A stretch of 62,629 nt of DNA, counting the filler. It is 7 parts of 7 records of this genome, joined end to end, with 100 filler letters (N's around TTAATTAATTAA, not from the genome) between each part and the next. Parts side by side here need not be neighbours in the genome. Positions count along the whole stretch, not along the records: positions 20,435 to 30,583 come from SRR31156797_11714; 6 more parts are not named here. One strand, 5' to 3'. The notes beneath the pieces are model-generated. The model was not told where the DNA came from. It did not search any database and saw only the letters and a program-made list of their open reading frames with translations. Both the position numbers and the translations under genes were made by a program. Positions 20,678 to 28,616 of the stretch are shown here, one piece after another (within the stretch, counting starts at the first letter, position 1; every line of letters starts with the position of its first letter).

Positions 20678-22711
20678 CTAATCAATCTTGACTTCATCAA
20701 TAACTTTTCGGATGACCTTTGCAAGGTCGTTCACGATAAATGGTTTTTCCAAATATTCCGCTATCCCTATGGCCAGCGCTTTTTTTCTGTCGACTTTTTC
20801 GCTGAATCCAGTGCATAATAATATTTTCTGTTCAGATCTTAATTGTAGAATCTTTTGTGAAAGCTCCAATCCGGTCATCCCAGGCATGGTCATATCCGTA
20901 ATAACGAGATCATAAAGGTTAGGATTTTCGATATAGGTTTCTAATGCGGTTATTCCACTCGAGCATGTATGTACAGTATATCCGAGTCGTTCCAGAGTTT
21001 GATGCGCAATGGCTCTTAATGCGTCCTCATCGTCGACGAACAAAATCGTTTCCTTACCTATAGATACTTCTTTATCTTCTATTTCAGGTGCATGAATAGC
21101 TGTCGATTTTTCAATTATCGGGAGATAAACGTGGAATGTAGACCCTTGATCAACTTTACTGTGGACAGTGATATGTCCCTTGAATTCTTTTACAAGACCA
21201 AAAACTACAGCCAGACCCAACCCTGTTCCCTTGCCAGGCTCTTTTGTAGTGAAATAGGGATCAAATATTTTTCCCAACGTTATCGAATCCATACCATGGC
21301 CTGTATCGGAAATTTTTAAATCAAGATATCTACCAGGGATCAAACTAAAATCAGATATGCAGTCTGCTTGGGAGATAATAATCTCTTTCAAACTTAAATG
21401 CATCTGGCCGCCGGTTTCATTCATTGCCTGGTAAGCATTTGTGCATAAATTCATTATAATCTGATGAATTTTAGTGGGATCTGCCATCACGGTAGCCTTG
21501 GAAATAATTTCTTCTTCAATTTCTATTGTTGCCGGTATCGTAGCCCTTAAAAGTTTTAATGCCTCCTTTACAATGTGATAGACAGAAACAGAGTACTTTG
21601 CTTGTGTTGATTTCCTGCTAACCGCCAAAATTTGTTGTACTAAGTCAGTAGCTTTCTGCGCCCCTTTAATAATTTGATTAATATTATCTTGTGTTTTTTC
21701 CGGATCTCCCAAATTCATTTTGGCCAATTGGGAAAAACCAAAGATGGCTGATAAGATATTGTTAAAATCGTGGGCAATACCACCAGCCAGAGTACCTAAC
21801 ATTTCCATTTTCTGAGCCTGTTGGATCATCAATTCCCTGGCTTTAATTTGGGTGATGTCCTTGAGTATGACCATCAACCCAGCTGGGTTTCCTTCGTGGT
21901 TATCATATCTGGATGCACTAAGGTTAATATCAAGTATACGACCATTTTTGGTATACCGTTTAGTCATAAAATTTATAGATGGAACCCCAGTTTCTAAGAC
22001 TCTTATCATTTCATTTGTTGTGGAGTTTTGTTCTGTCTCTGGTATGTAAGGTATCTTTTTGTCTTTTAGTTCTTCGATGCTCCAACCGAATGTATCAGTA
22101 AATGATTGGTTTATATACTGAAGTTTTCTTTCAATATCATAGATGGCAACGGCTTCTGCAGAAGAATTCAAAAGTGATACATAAAGAGCTTTGTTTTTCT
22201 CAGATTTTTCATAAAGGCTGCGATATTTCACTTCATTTTTTTTTAATGCTTTGGTTCTTTGTTTGACCAGATCTTCTAAGCTGTCTCGGTGTCTCGTCAG
22301 ATCTTTTTCAAGTTGTTTGTGGGCTGTAATATCTATAATAAGGACCAAAACTCCCGTCAGATTTCCCTTCTCATCCTTTATAGCTGTAGCAATATGATCA
22401 ATGTAGATTTTTCTACCTGAGGCATCAATTCGTCCATGTTGTGATCTACCACTTTCCTGCCCGTCATAAACTAACTTGGCTGGACAATCTGGACAGACAG
22501 AATCTCGTTTAGCAGCAAGGAAGTAACAATAATGTCCAAGTATATCATTTCCATAAATTTGCTTTGCTTTTGGATTGTATCTAATTACCCTGTAATTCAA
22601 ATCGACTTCCCAAACCGCTATGCCCATTACATCCATCATTTCGTAAAATGCTGAAGTGAGGTTTGATGAATGCGCTTTTATTGATCTAACCGATCTGTGT
22701 GTATTTGGCAT
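20678..22711 (-). CDS. Cytoplasmic hybrid histidine kinase (PAS-PAS-HisKA-HATPase-REC)
   Basis: LAGGIAHDFNNIL H-box, NLCTNA, DTGHGM, FTTK..GKGTGLGL; receiver FVDDE / TDMTMP; no TM segment. Confidence 0.93.
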   Translation of the reverse strand: MPNTHRSVRSIKAHSSNLTSAFYEMMDVMGIAVWEVDLNYRVIRYNPKAKQIYGNDILGHYCYFLAAKRDSVCPDCPAKLVYDGQESGRSQHGRIDASGRKIYIDHIATAIKDEKGNLTGVLVLIIDITAHKQLEKDLTRHRDSLEDLVKQRTKALKKNEVKYRSLYEKSEKNKALYVSLLNSSAEAVAIYDIERKLQYINQSFTDTFGWSIEELKDKKIPYIPETEQNSTTNEMIRVLETGVPSINFMTKRYTKNGRILDINLSASRYDNHEGNPAGLMVILKDITQIKARELMIQQAQKMEMLGTLAGGIAHDFNNILSAIFGFSQLAKMNLGDPEKTQDNINQIIKGAQKATDLVQQILAVSRKSTQAKYSVSVYHIVKEALKLLRATIPATIEIEEEIISKATVMADPTKIHQIIMNLCTNAYQAMNETGGQMHLSLKEIIISQADCISDFSLIPGRYLDLKISDTGHGMDSITLGKIFDPYFTTKEPGKGTGLGLAVVFGLVKEFKGHITVHSKVDQGSTFHVYLPIIEKSTAIHAPEIEDKEVSIGKETILFVDDEDALRAIAHQTLERLGYTVHTCSSGITALETYIENPNLYDLVITDMTMPGMTGLELSQKILQLRSEQKILLCTGFSEKVDRKKALAIGIAEYLEKPFIVNDLAKVIRKVIDEVKID

Positions 22712-23303
22712 TTCAACTGAGCCTTTGTGTATAAATTACAATAAAGCTTATTTAGAATAGATGCTCCGACTGTTAGCATAGCACTTGTGTTTGAAAAGTT
22801 CAAAAATAAGCAGTTCTAAGGTCCGCAATAATATTATGTGTCGCTGAAATAATTGCCAATAAAGGCGATCACTACTCCTAACAATAGTCGCTTCCAATCC
22901 TTCCACCCTTATTTCCGAATCATTTTATCTTTGCCGATAAAAATCAAAATATGATGGTCGGCCTTTCCTTTACCACCCCGCCATATTTTTAGGGACCCTT
23001 TCCAGCTAATGGAAATCAAAGAATAGGTCAAATGTCTTCCAATATGGTGAATGTTTATTGTTGAAGGGTACCCAGTGTGTGTATCTGGTACCCCCTTGCT
23101 ATGCTGTATATTCTTACTTGTATGGTAGGTTATAGCCCCCCCATGCCTTTATCCATAGGCATTTCAGCCTTCTCCGGATCACTGCAACAGTAGAGCCACC
23201 CCCATCAAGCACCCCAACAAAACCCACAACTTAACAGCATACCACCCCCTCCCCCTGTTCCTATATTGAGCGGGGAAAAACCAACCAACACAAAACCATC
23301 AAC

Positions 23304-23340
23304 AAGGGCTTGTCCATTCCGGGCAGGCCCTTTCGTATTT
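23304..23340 (+). terminator. Hairpin + U-tract module 1 (before the Zn-finger ORF)
   Basis: AAGGGCTTGTCC-ATTCC-GGGCAGGCCCTT forms a 12-bp stem followed by TCGTATTT; preceded by AAACCATCAAC. Confidence 0.55.
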
Positions 23341-23364
23341 GAACTCGAAGCAAAGGAGATTTTT

Positions 23365-23607
23365 ATGAAACATTTCAACCAAGTATTCAAAGCCCCGTGT
23401 CCACGCTGCCAAAGGTCCATGACGGCAACCAGAAGATCAATTACCAATCAAACCCGGCTCTTCGTCTGTGCCTGCGGTTATCGTGAGTGGATCACAGAAA
23501 AGCAGTTTGAAGCCATCACGGGCCGGTGCTTCCTCTGCGGCAAGCGTGACTGTTCCGCAAAGGACCACACGTTCAACGGTATCATTCCAGCAGGCATGGG
23601 TCTGTAA
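23365..23607 (+). CDS. Small Cys/His-rich putative zinc-finger protein (80 aa)
   Basis: RBS AAGGAG then ATG 23365, in frame with the tracked ORF; CPRC, CAC and CFLC-x4-C-x4-H. Confidence 0.7.
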   Translation: MKHFNQVFKAPCPRCQRSMTATRRSITNQTRLFVCACGYREWITEKQFEAITGRCFLCGKRDCSAKDHTFNGIIPAGMGL

Positions 23608-23639
23608 ATCACATCATCAATATCCAAAAGGAGGACCCC

Positions 23640-24494
23640 ATGAATCACATCGGAGAAATCAGCACCATCAAACAATTCACCAGGCCACCAGAAAACAAAC
23701 AGCAAGACACCAGGAACATCTCAACCTTTCCCACCTCACCCTTGGACATGCCGCCATCCACTTTTGAAAGCGCCCTGAAAAACAGACAGGAGAACCAGCA
23801 CAAACTCATCCAATGGGTAAAACAAAACCTGGAGCCAGACATCCACTATGGCCGGGTACATGTCGCACAAAATTGTCCATTTGCAAAGGTCGAGGCAACT
23901 TATTTATGCAAGGACATCACCCACTTTTCCAATCTTACACTGTGGAAAGCAGGAGCAGAAAAGATAATCGCAGCGATGGGTTTGACCGCGAATTTTCCTA
24001 ACATTGGCCAGTATGAGGAGGCATGCCTCCGGGGCCTGGAAATTAAACAGGTATTGCTCAAATGTGAGCTAAAAACGCACGGCGGAAGGGTAGTGGCGGA
24101 AGGTGCCGGGGCCAGGCATTTGCGTCAAGACAACTGGAACCTGAATACCAGCATCAAGATAGCCCAAAAATCCGCGATGATTGATGCCACTATCCGTGTA
24201 GCTGGCCTGACTGGGGTCTTTATCAAAACGCATCGCCATACATTGAAAAACAAGCTCCCCAAGATGTCAGATTGTCATGATTACAATTTCCCACCAGGGG
24301 CAGATTGTCCAAACATGCACACCGATGAAAAACCCATCACACAGCGTCAAAAGGATTTCATTTTGAAGTTGGCAGGCGTCAAGGGCCATACCACAGACGG
24401 ATTGAACCGGCTTATCCATGAAAAGTTTAATAAACACCTGAAGGATCTGGATCGTGTTGAGGCGTCGAGGTTCATTGAACATATCAACGGCTGA
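23640..24494 (+). CDS. Phage/MGE protein, putative Rad52/Erf-like single-strand annealing protein
   Basis: RBS AGGAGG; TLWKAGAEKI, VAEGAG and NTSIKIAQKSAMIDA resemble SSAP-like phage proteins; C-terminal PITQRQ...LDRVEASRFIE helical module. The family call is by motif resemblance only. Confidence 0.5.
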   Translation: MNHIGEISTIKQFTRPPENKQQDTRNISTFPTSPLDMPPSTFESALKNRQENQHKLIQWVKQNLEPDIHYGRVHVAQNCPFAKVEATYLCKDITHFSNLTLWKAGAEKIIAAMGLTANFPNIGQYEEACLRGLEIKQVLLKCELKTHGGRVVAEGAGARHLRQDNWNLNTSIKIAQKSAMIDATIRVAGLTGVFIKTHRHTLKNKLPKMSDCHDYNFPPGADCPNMHTDEKPITQRQKDFILKLAGVKGHTTDGLNRLIHEKFNKHLKDLDRVEASRFIEHING

Positions 24495-24654
24495 CCAGAC
24501 ATTAAACAAGGAGGAAAAATCATGAAGAACACATGAATGGGGACACAACTGGTAAGCATCCCTAAAACGTAAAGATTTGGCCCCTTTTAACACCATAAAA
24601 CGATTGCGAGAGTACATCATTTAACCAAAGCAAATAACCCATAAATCAAGCATT

Positions 24655-24692
24655 AGAGGCCTTCCTGGACATTTCCAGCGAAGGTTTTTTTA
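24655..24692 (+). terminator. Hairpin + U-tract module 2 (before radC)
   Basis: GGCCTTC-CTGGA-CATT-TCCAG-C-GAAGGTT followed by a T run. Confidence 0.6.
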
Positions 24693-24716
24693 TGCCCAAA
24701 AATCAAGGAGACAGTC

Positions 24717-25280
24717 ATGGAAAAATTACAGCACCACAAATGCCGGCAAATGGACTTGTTCAACATATCAGAGACCCAAAGCCCCATGTCTCGGTTCGTT
24801 TCGGCCTACCGCATCAGCCTGGTCAGAGATGAGCGGGTCAGTTTCAGCGCTCAAGCTTTATACAACCCAGCAGATGCCCAAAAATGTTTGCAGAACATGA
24901 TTAAAGAAATGGGACAACCGGATAGAGAGCAGTTTTGTATTCTCATGCTCAATGCCAAAAATATCACGATCGGGATGAATATCGTGTCCACTGGCGGGTT
25001 GTCATGTGCTCCTGTTCATCCCCGTGAAGTATTGAAGCCTGCTATCTTGGCGAATGCTTCCGCACTCATACTGGCCCACAATCACCCCAGCGGGGACCTG
25101 ACACCGTCAAACGCCGACAAAGCCATCACCAAAAAAATTATTCATGCGTCGGATATCATCGGCATCGCCGTCCACGAACATTTAATTATCAGTATGGAAG
25201 GCAGCGGGTATTTCAGTTTTGCGGAACACGGATACATCCAGGAAGCATATGACGCCGTCAAGAAAATGGAAATCGTTTAA
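24717..25280 (+). CDS. radC: RadC-like JAB/MPN domain protein (MGE type, no N-terminal HhH domain)
   Basis: DREQFCILMLN, VHPREV and LAHNHPSGDLTPSNAD give an intact JAB metal motif. Confidence 0.92.
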   Translation: MEKLQHHKCRQMDLFNISETQSPMSRFVSAYRISLVRDERVSFSAQALYNPADAQKCLQNMIKEMGQPDREQFCILMLNAKNITIGMNIVSTGGLSCAPVHPREVLKPAILANASALILAHNHPSGDLTPSNADKAITKKIIHASDIIGIAVHEHLIISMEGSGYFSFAEHGYIQEAYDAVKKMEIV

Positions 25281-25300
25281 CCTAAGTCAAGGAGATTTCA

Positions 25301-25675
25301 ATGGAAGCAACAGCAACGAAATTAATCGAAAAACAGTGCCAGAAGCATTTCACTAATCAGGGCATCACCAGCCAAAAGAAGCTTGAGCATCGACTTCAAG
25401 AGATATTTGAGCAGGCAGAACACCAAAGCTCGGCTCTTGTCGGCATTTACAAACTGATTATCCCGGATTGGGAACGGATCGAACGTCTGGAGGGATATCC
25501 GGTAGTAGGGCAGGGCCTGTGGCAGTACATATCCAATCTGTTCATCGACTTTGACCAGCGCAATCACCCCCAGGTCTTTAATGGAGGTCTGTGGCTGAAC
25601 CAGGGCTTTTCTTCCAGCGATGAAATCGGTCCCTGGGAAATCAGCATGGACCGCTGCAACGTCATTTATTCTTAA
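25301..25675 (+). CDS. Hypothetical protein (124 aa)
   Basis: RBS CAAGGAGA; co-oriented within the cassette. Confidence 0.75.
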   Translation: MEATATKLIEKQCQKHFTNQGITSQKKLEHRLQEIFEQAEHQSSALVGIYKLIIPDWERIERLEGYPVVGQGLWQYISNLFIDFDQRNHPQVFNGGLWLNQGFSSSDEIGPWEISMDRCNVIYS

Positions 25676-25693
25676 ACCATCAACGACAATTAC

Positions 25694-25735
25694 AAGGCCA
25701 TCTGGGGCATGCGCTCTGGGTGGCCTTTTTTATTT
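25694..25735 (+). terminator. Hairpin + U-tract module 3
   Basis: AAGGCCATCTGGGGC-ATGC-GCTCTGGGTGGCCTT forms a 15-bp stem with G-U pairs, followed by TTTTATTT; preceded by AAACCATCAAC. Confidence 0.65.
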
Positions 25736-25745
25736 GGAGAACACC

Positions 25746-25934
25746 ATGACCAAACAGCAGAAGGAAGCATACCAGAACACCGACGCCTTGAGAAAAATCA
25801 TCAAATCACTTGAAGGCCAAAAATTTCGCCTGGATTGCGGGCACCATGTAACGGTGTGTCACAGCCTCGGAAACGATATCACGATCAGAAACGGCAAGAA
25901 GCCCGTCATCATCTGTTCCCAATGCGGGTATTAA
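25746..25934 (+). CDS. Small Cys-containing hypothetical protein (62 aa)
   Basis: RBS GGAGA then ATG 25746; LDCGHH...CSQC putative Zn ribbon. Confidence 0.65.
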   Translation: MTKQQKEAYQNTDALRKIIKSLEGQKFRLDCGHHVTVCHSLGNDITIRNGKKPVIICSQCGY

Positions 25935-25978
25935 TCCGCTCACCCCCAAAAAACCGTAATCAACCAAGGAGATTTACC

Positions 25979-26932
25979 ATGACCATCACAACAACTTTTG
26001 AAAACGTAATCAACGCAGTTCGCCAAAATTCCATCAATCATTTTGATGAAGTTATGCCTGTTCATGAAATGGAATTTGACAGCCTCAAACAGATGTGGAT
26101 TTCAGGCAAACAGGTGGATGTGGCTCCCACGGCACAGCGCCTTCTTTCCAACCGCCTGCGGGTGCCTTATTCCTACCTGTCCCGGTGCCCGGAAGAGTTG
26201 CAGGCCCGTAATCTGAATTTCTGGATTGAGCAGGAGCGCAAGCGCCGGGACACATTCTTTTGCCGGTTTGACGGCTCAACTCTCCGTGCCGTATTTACCG
26301 AGCGCTATAAGCCCCTCGACAACATGCAGATCCTGGCACAACTCATTGAACAGGGCTTTAATCACAATCTGAAAGTTCAATATTCCCTCGATCACGGCAT
26401 GTTCCTGTTGAAGATACCGGAGTTTGAAAAGGCATTTGGTGTTAATTCAGGCAATAGGTTCTTTGATGAAGTGGTGCCCGGCATTGCCTTCAGCAACAGC
26501 GAAGTTGGCTTAATAGCTTTCAGCATCGAATCCTTCTTTTATCGGCTGGTCTGCACCAATGGGTTGATTTCAGTTGCCAAAGCAAAAACCGCCAGGTTCA
26601 AGCATATCAGCAACCGGGGACTGGACAACTTCCCCGAGGCCTTGTCCGCAGTTATCGAAGGCTCTTCCCGCAATCAGGAAGACTTCAAGCTGTCCTGCCA
26701 ATCGCACGTTGATGATCCCTTCAATTCAATTGATGTATTCAGCCGGCGGTTCGGGCTTTCACAAAACGAAGCTGACATTGTCAAGAAATCTTTTGAGCAA
26801 GAGTCGGGACACACTCTTTTCCACATTATTAATGCGTTCACAGCTTCAGCCAAGGTGGAAGGCTTAAGCACATCTGATGTCTATAAATTTGAAAAAGCCG
26901 GGGGGCAAGTCTTGTCCCTGGTTAAATCCTGA
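25979..26932 (+). CDS. DUF932 (DUF945)-like phage/plasmid protein
   Basis: RBS CAAGGAGA then ATG 25979; RAVFTERYKPLDN, FSNSEVG, YRLVCTNGLI and HIINAFT motifs. Confidence 0.8.
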   Translation: MTITTTFENVINAVRQNSINHFDEVMPVHEMEFDSLKQMWISGKQVDVAPTAQRLLSNRLRVPYSYLSRCPEELQARNLNFWIEQERKRRDTFFCRFDGSTLRAVFTERYKPLDNMQILAQLIEQGFNHNLKVQYSLDHGMFLLKIPEFEKAFGVNSGNRFFDEVVPGIAFSNSEVGLIAFSIESFFYRLVCTNGLISVAKAKTARFKHISNRGLDNFPEALSAVIEGSSRNQEDFKLSCQSHVDDPFNSIDVFSRRFGLSQNEADIVKKSFEQESGHTLFHIINAFTASAKVEGLSTSDVYKFEKAGGQVLSLVKS

Positions 26933-26957
26933 AATCAATTATCTGAGGTGAATAACA

Positions 26958-27149
26958 ATGGAGGATAACAAAATGAAATTCCGTACAGTATGTGCCTGGT
27001 GTAACCGCCTGATTTCTGAAAAAGAGTGCCCCAAAACAGAGAACAGCCTGGCTCTGTCTCAAAATGGAGTCATGATCAGCCACGGTATTTGTGGCAGGTG
27101 CCGGAAAAATCTTGAAACTATTTATGGACTGAACAAAAGGAGAACTTAA
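26958..27149 (+). CDS. Small stand-alone CxxC...SHGICxxC putative zinc-binding protein
   Basis: VCAWCNR and ISHGICGRC; RBS GAGGTG (alternative start at MKF). Confidence 0.7.
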   Translation: MEDNKMKFRTVCAWCNRLISEKECPKTENSLALSQNGVMISHGICGRCRKNLETIYGLNKRRT

Positions 27150-27151
27150 AA

Positions 27152-27301
27152 ATGTTTGATTTTATGGATGATTTTTTCCCGGATTGGGATGACATTGGGT
27201 TGGCCGGGGCCATGTCAGAAGAAATGGCCGATGAAGAACGGGAACGCCGTCGGCTGGAGAATGAACTGGATCAGGATGATGATAGCGGGAAGGTGGTATA
27301 G
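27152..27301 (+). CDS. Small acidic protein (49 aa)
   Basis: RBS AAGGAG; MFDFMDDFFPDWDDIGLAGAMSEEMADEERERRRLENELDQDDDSGKVV, 18 of 49 residues D/E; below the ORF-track cutoff. Confidence 0.6.
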   Translation: MFDFMDDFFPDWDDIGLAGAMSEEMADEERERRRLENELDQDDDSGKVV

Positions 27302-27302
27302 T

Positions 27303-27620
27303 ATAGTGTAATGTACTGCAATCGTAGTATTTACCATACCAGTGCTCCTTCTATGCAGTACTGATCCAACACCAGTATTTACCACCAGCACCCAACCTCA
27401 CCCAGTACCCCATCCAACACCAGTGCCTTCTAAAATAGTTTTGGTCAGCATTTAATTCAACAATATCTTCTCCCATTTGAATCCGATCCATGCAGTCTCT
27501 TGATTTTGTAGCACTCATTCACCATTTCCGTTTTCGGGTTTTGTTGGGTGGGTACTGGTGAAAGGAGGTATACTGCAACAGAAGGCGCTGGTGTTTTTAA
27601 TACTTCTTTAACTACACTAT
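27303..27620. repeat. Long imperfect inverted repeat (arms about 27303-27396 and 27543-27620) overlapping a degenerate 48-nt tandem repeat (27326-27421)
   Basis: Colinear complementary blocks ATAGTGTA/TACACTAT, AGTATT/AATACT, ACCAGTGC/GCGCTGGT, CCTTCT/AGAAGG, TGCAGTA/TACTGCA, CACCAGTA/TACTGGTG and CACCCAAC/GTTGGGTG. AGTATTTACCA and ATCCAACACCAGT each recur at 48-nt spacing. Confidence 0.75.
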
Positions 27621-27983
27621 TTTAACTTGGACACTGGATCAAAGATATTTCCAGGGAGATTAATTGGCCCGGCAGGAAAAATTGGACGATGATTTCTTTA
27701 AAACTATTTTATCTTGGATGGATGGAGGGAGGGAACTGGAAAAAGAAGTGCTCCCTCTTCTATTCAAGGACTAAATGATACACTTCGAAAGTAGTGAACG
27801 CCTCTTCTGACAATGCTATTGGGGGGAATTATACCATAAATGTGGGGTTTTAATTTGCTTAATGTTTTTGAGATTGTTGTTTTATTGTGTTGGCTCATGT
27901 AGAATATGAGGTTTTATGTAAAAAATTTGAAGTTATCAGAACTATGCAAAAAAACATCAGATTGAGAGGTAATACTGAAATCC

Positions 27984-28616
27984 ATGAATGAGGTTATTGA
28001 TGATTTTGTGCAAGCATTGTTGTCTTTGGATCGGCTGACCGCCCAAAGATTACTTGAAGAAAACACAAATCAAATCGAAGTAATAAATTTTATTGAAAAT
28101 GTTGTTGTGGAGGCTCTTGAAAGGATCGGCGCAGAATGGCAAAGGGGAAACATTGCCCTATCACAGGTATATATGGGAGGTAGAATCTGTGAGGAACTGG
28201 TAGATTCAGTTCTTCCTCCTGGAGCCCCCGATCGGAAAGACCAGCCTAAAATGGCAATCTGTGTGCTAAGCGATCACCATGGTCTTGGAAAAACCATTGT
28301 ATACTCTCTGTTAAGAGCAAGTGGATACGAACTCCTGGATTTTGGGACTATCGATGCTGACGCTCTTGTTGAACGAGTTGAAGAGGAAAATGTGAAGGTC
28401 TTATTGATTTCTGTCCTTATGCTTCCCTCTGCTTTGAAAATCAAAAAGGTCAAAGAAAACCTTTCTAAAAAGGCCCTTGAAGTAAAAATCGTCGTTGGTG
28501 GTGCCCCCTTTAGATTTGACAGCCAACTCTGGGAAGATGTGGGGGCTGATGCAATGTGTTTATCTGCATCTGATTCTATCTCAACAATTGAAAGTTTAAT
28601 GGAGGGTGTCAGATGA
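27984..28616 (+). CDS. Corrinoid (B12-binding) protein, MtaC/MetH cap + B12 domain
   Basis: ALERIGAEWQRG cap domain; DHHGLGK (DxHxxG), ISVLM and VVGGAP. Confidence 0.9.
   Translation: MNEVIDDFVQALLSLDRLTAQRLLEENTNQIEVINFIENVVVEALERIGAEWQRGNIALSQVYMGGRICEELVDSVLPPGAPDRKDQPKMAICVLSDHHGLGKTIVYSLLRASGYELLDFGTIDADALVERVEEENVKVLLISVLMLPSALKIKKVKENLSKKALEVKIVVGGAPFRFDSQLWEDVGADAMCLSASDSISTIESLMEGVR

Larger units (their letters stand above)
23180..27620 (+). mobile_element. Gene cassette of mobile-element (ICE/plasmid/prophage) type; boundaries approximate, no integrase or relaxase in the contig
   Basis: Co-oriented small genes including JAB-only RadC, DUF932-like and SSAP-like genes; repeated CAAGGAG(A) RBS; repeated hairpins; structured flanks. 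Confidence 0.65.

Noticed and set aside
24507-24624. Strong RBS (AAGGAGG) followed by a 4-codon ORF MKNT, a possible leader peptide
   Set aside because: Cannot be distinguished from a frameshifted remnant of a small gene, and no attenuator pairing is evident.
27326-27430. Possible mini CRISPR array (repeats at 48-nt period)
   Set aside because: Only about two degenerate units, conserved stretches of just 11-13 nt, and no cas genes; reported as a structured repeat instead.
27640-27983. Possible cobalamin riboswitch upstream of the corrinoid gene (AGGGAA and a GAGGGAG/CTCCCTC hairpin)
   Set aside because: The conserved core (CCCGCAACTGT, GCCACTG, B12 box) was not found; an Rfam scan would settle it.
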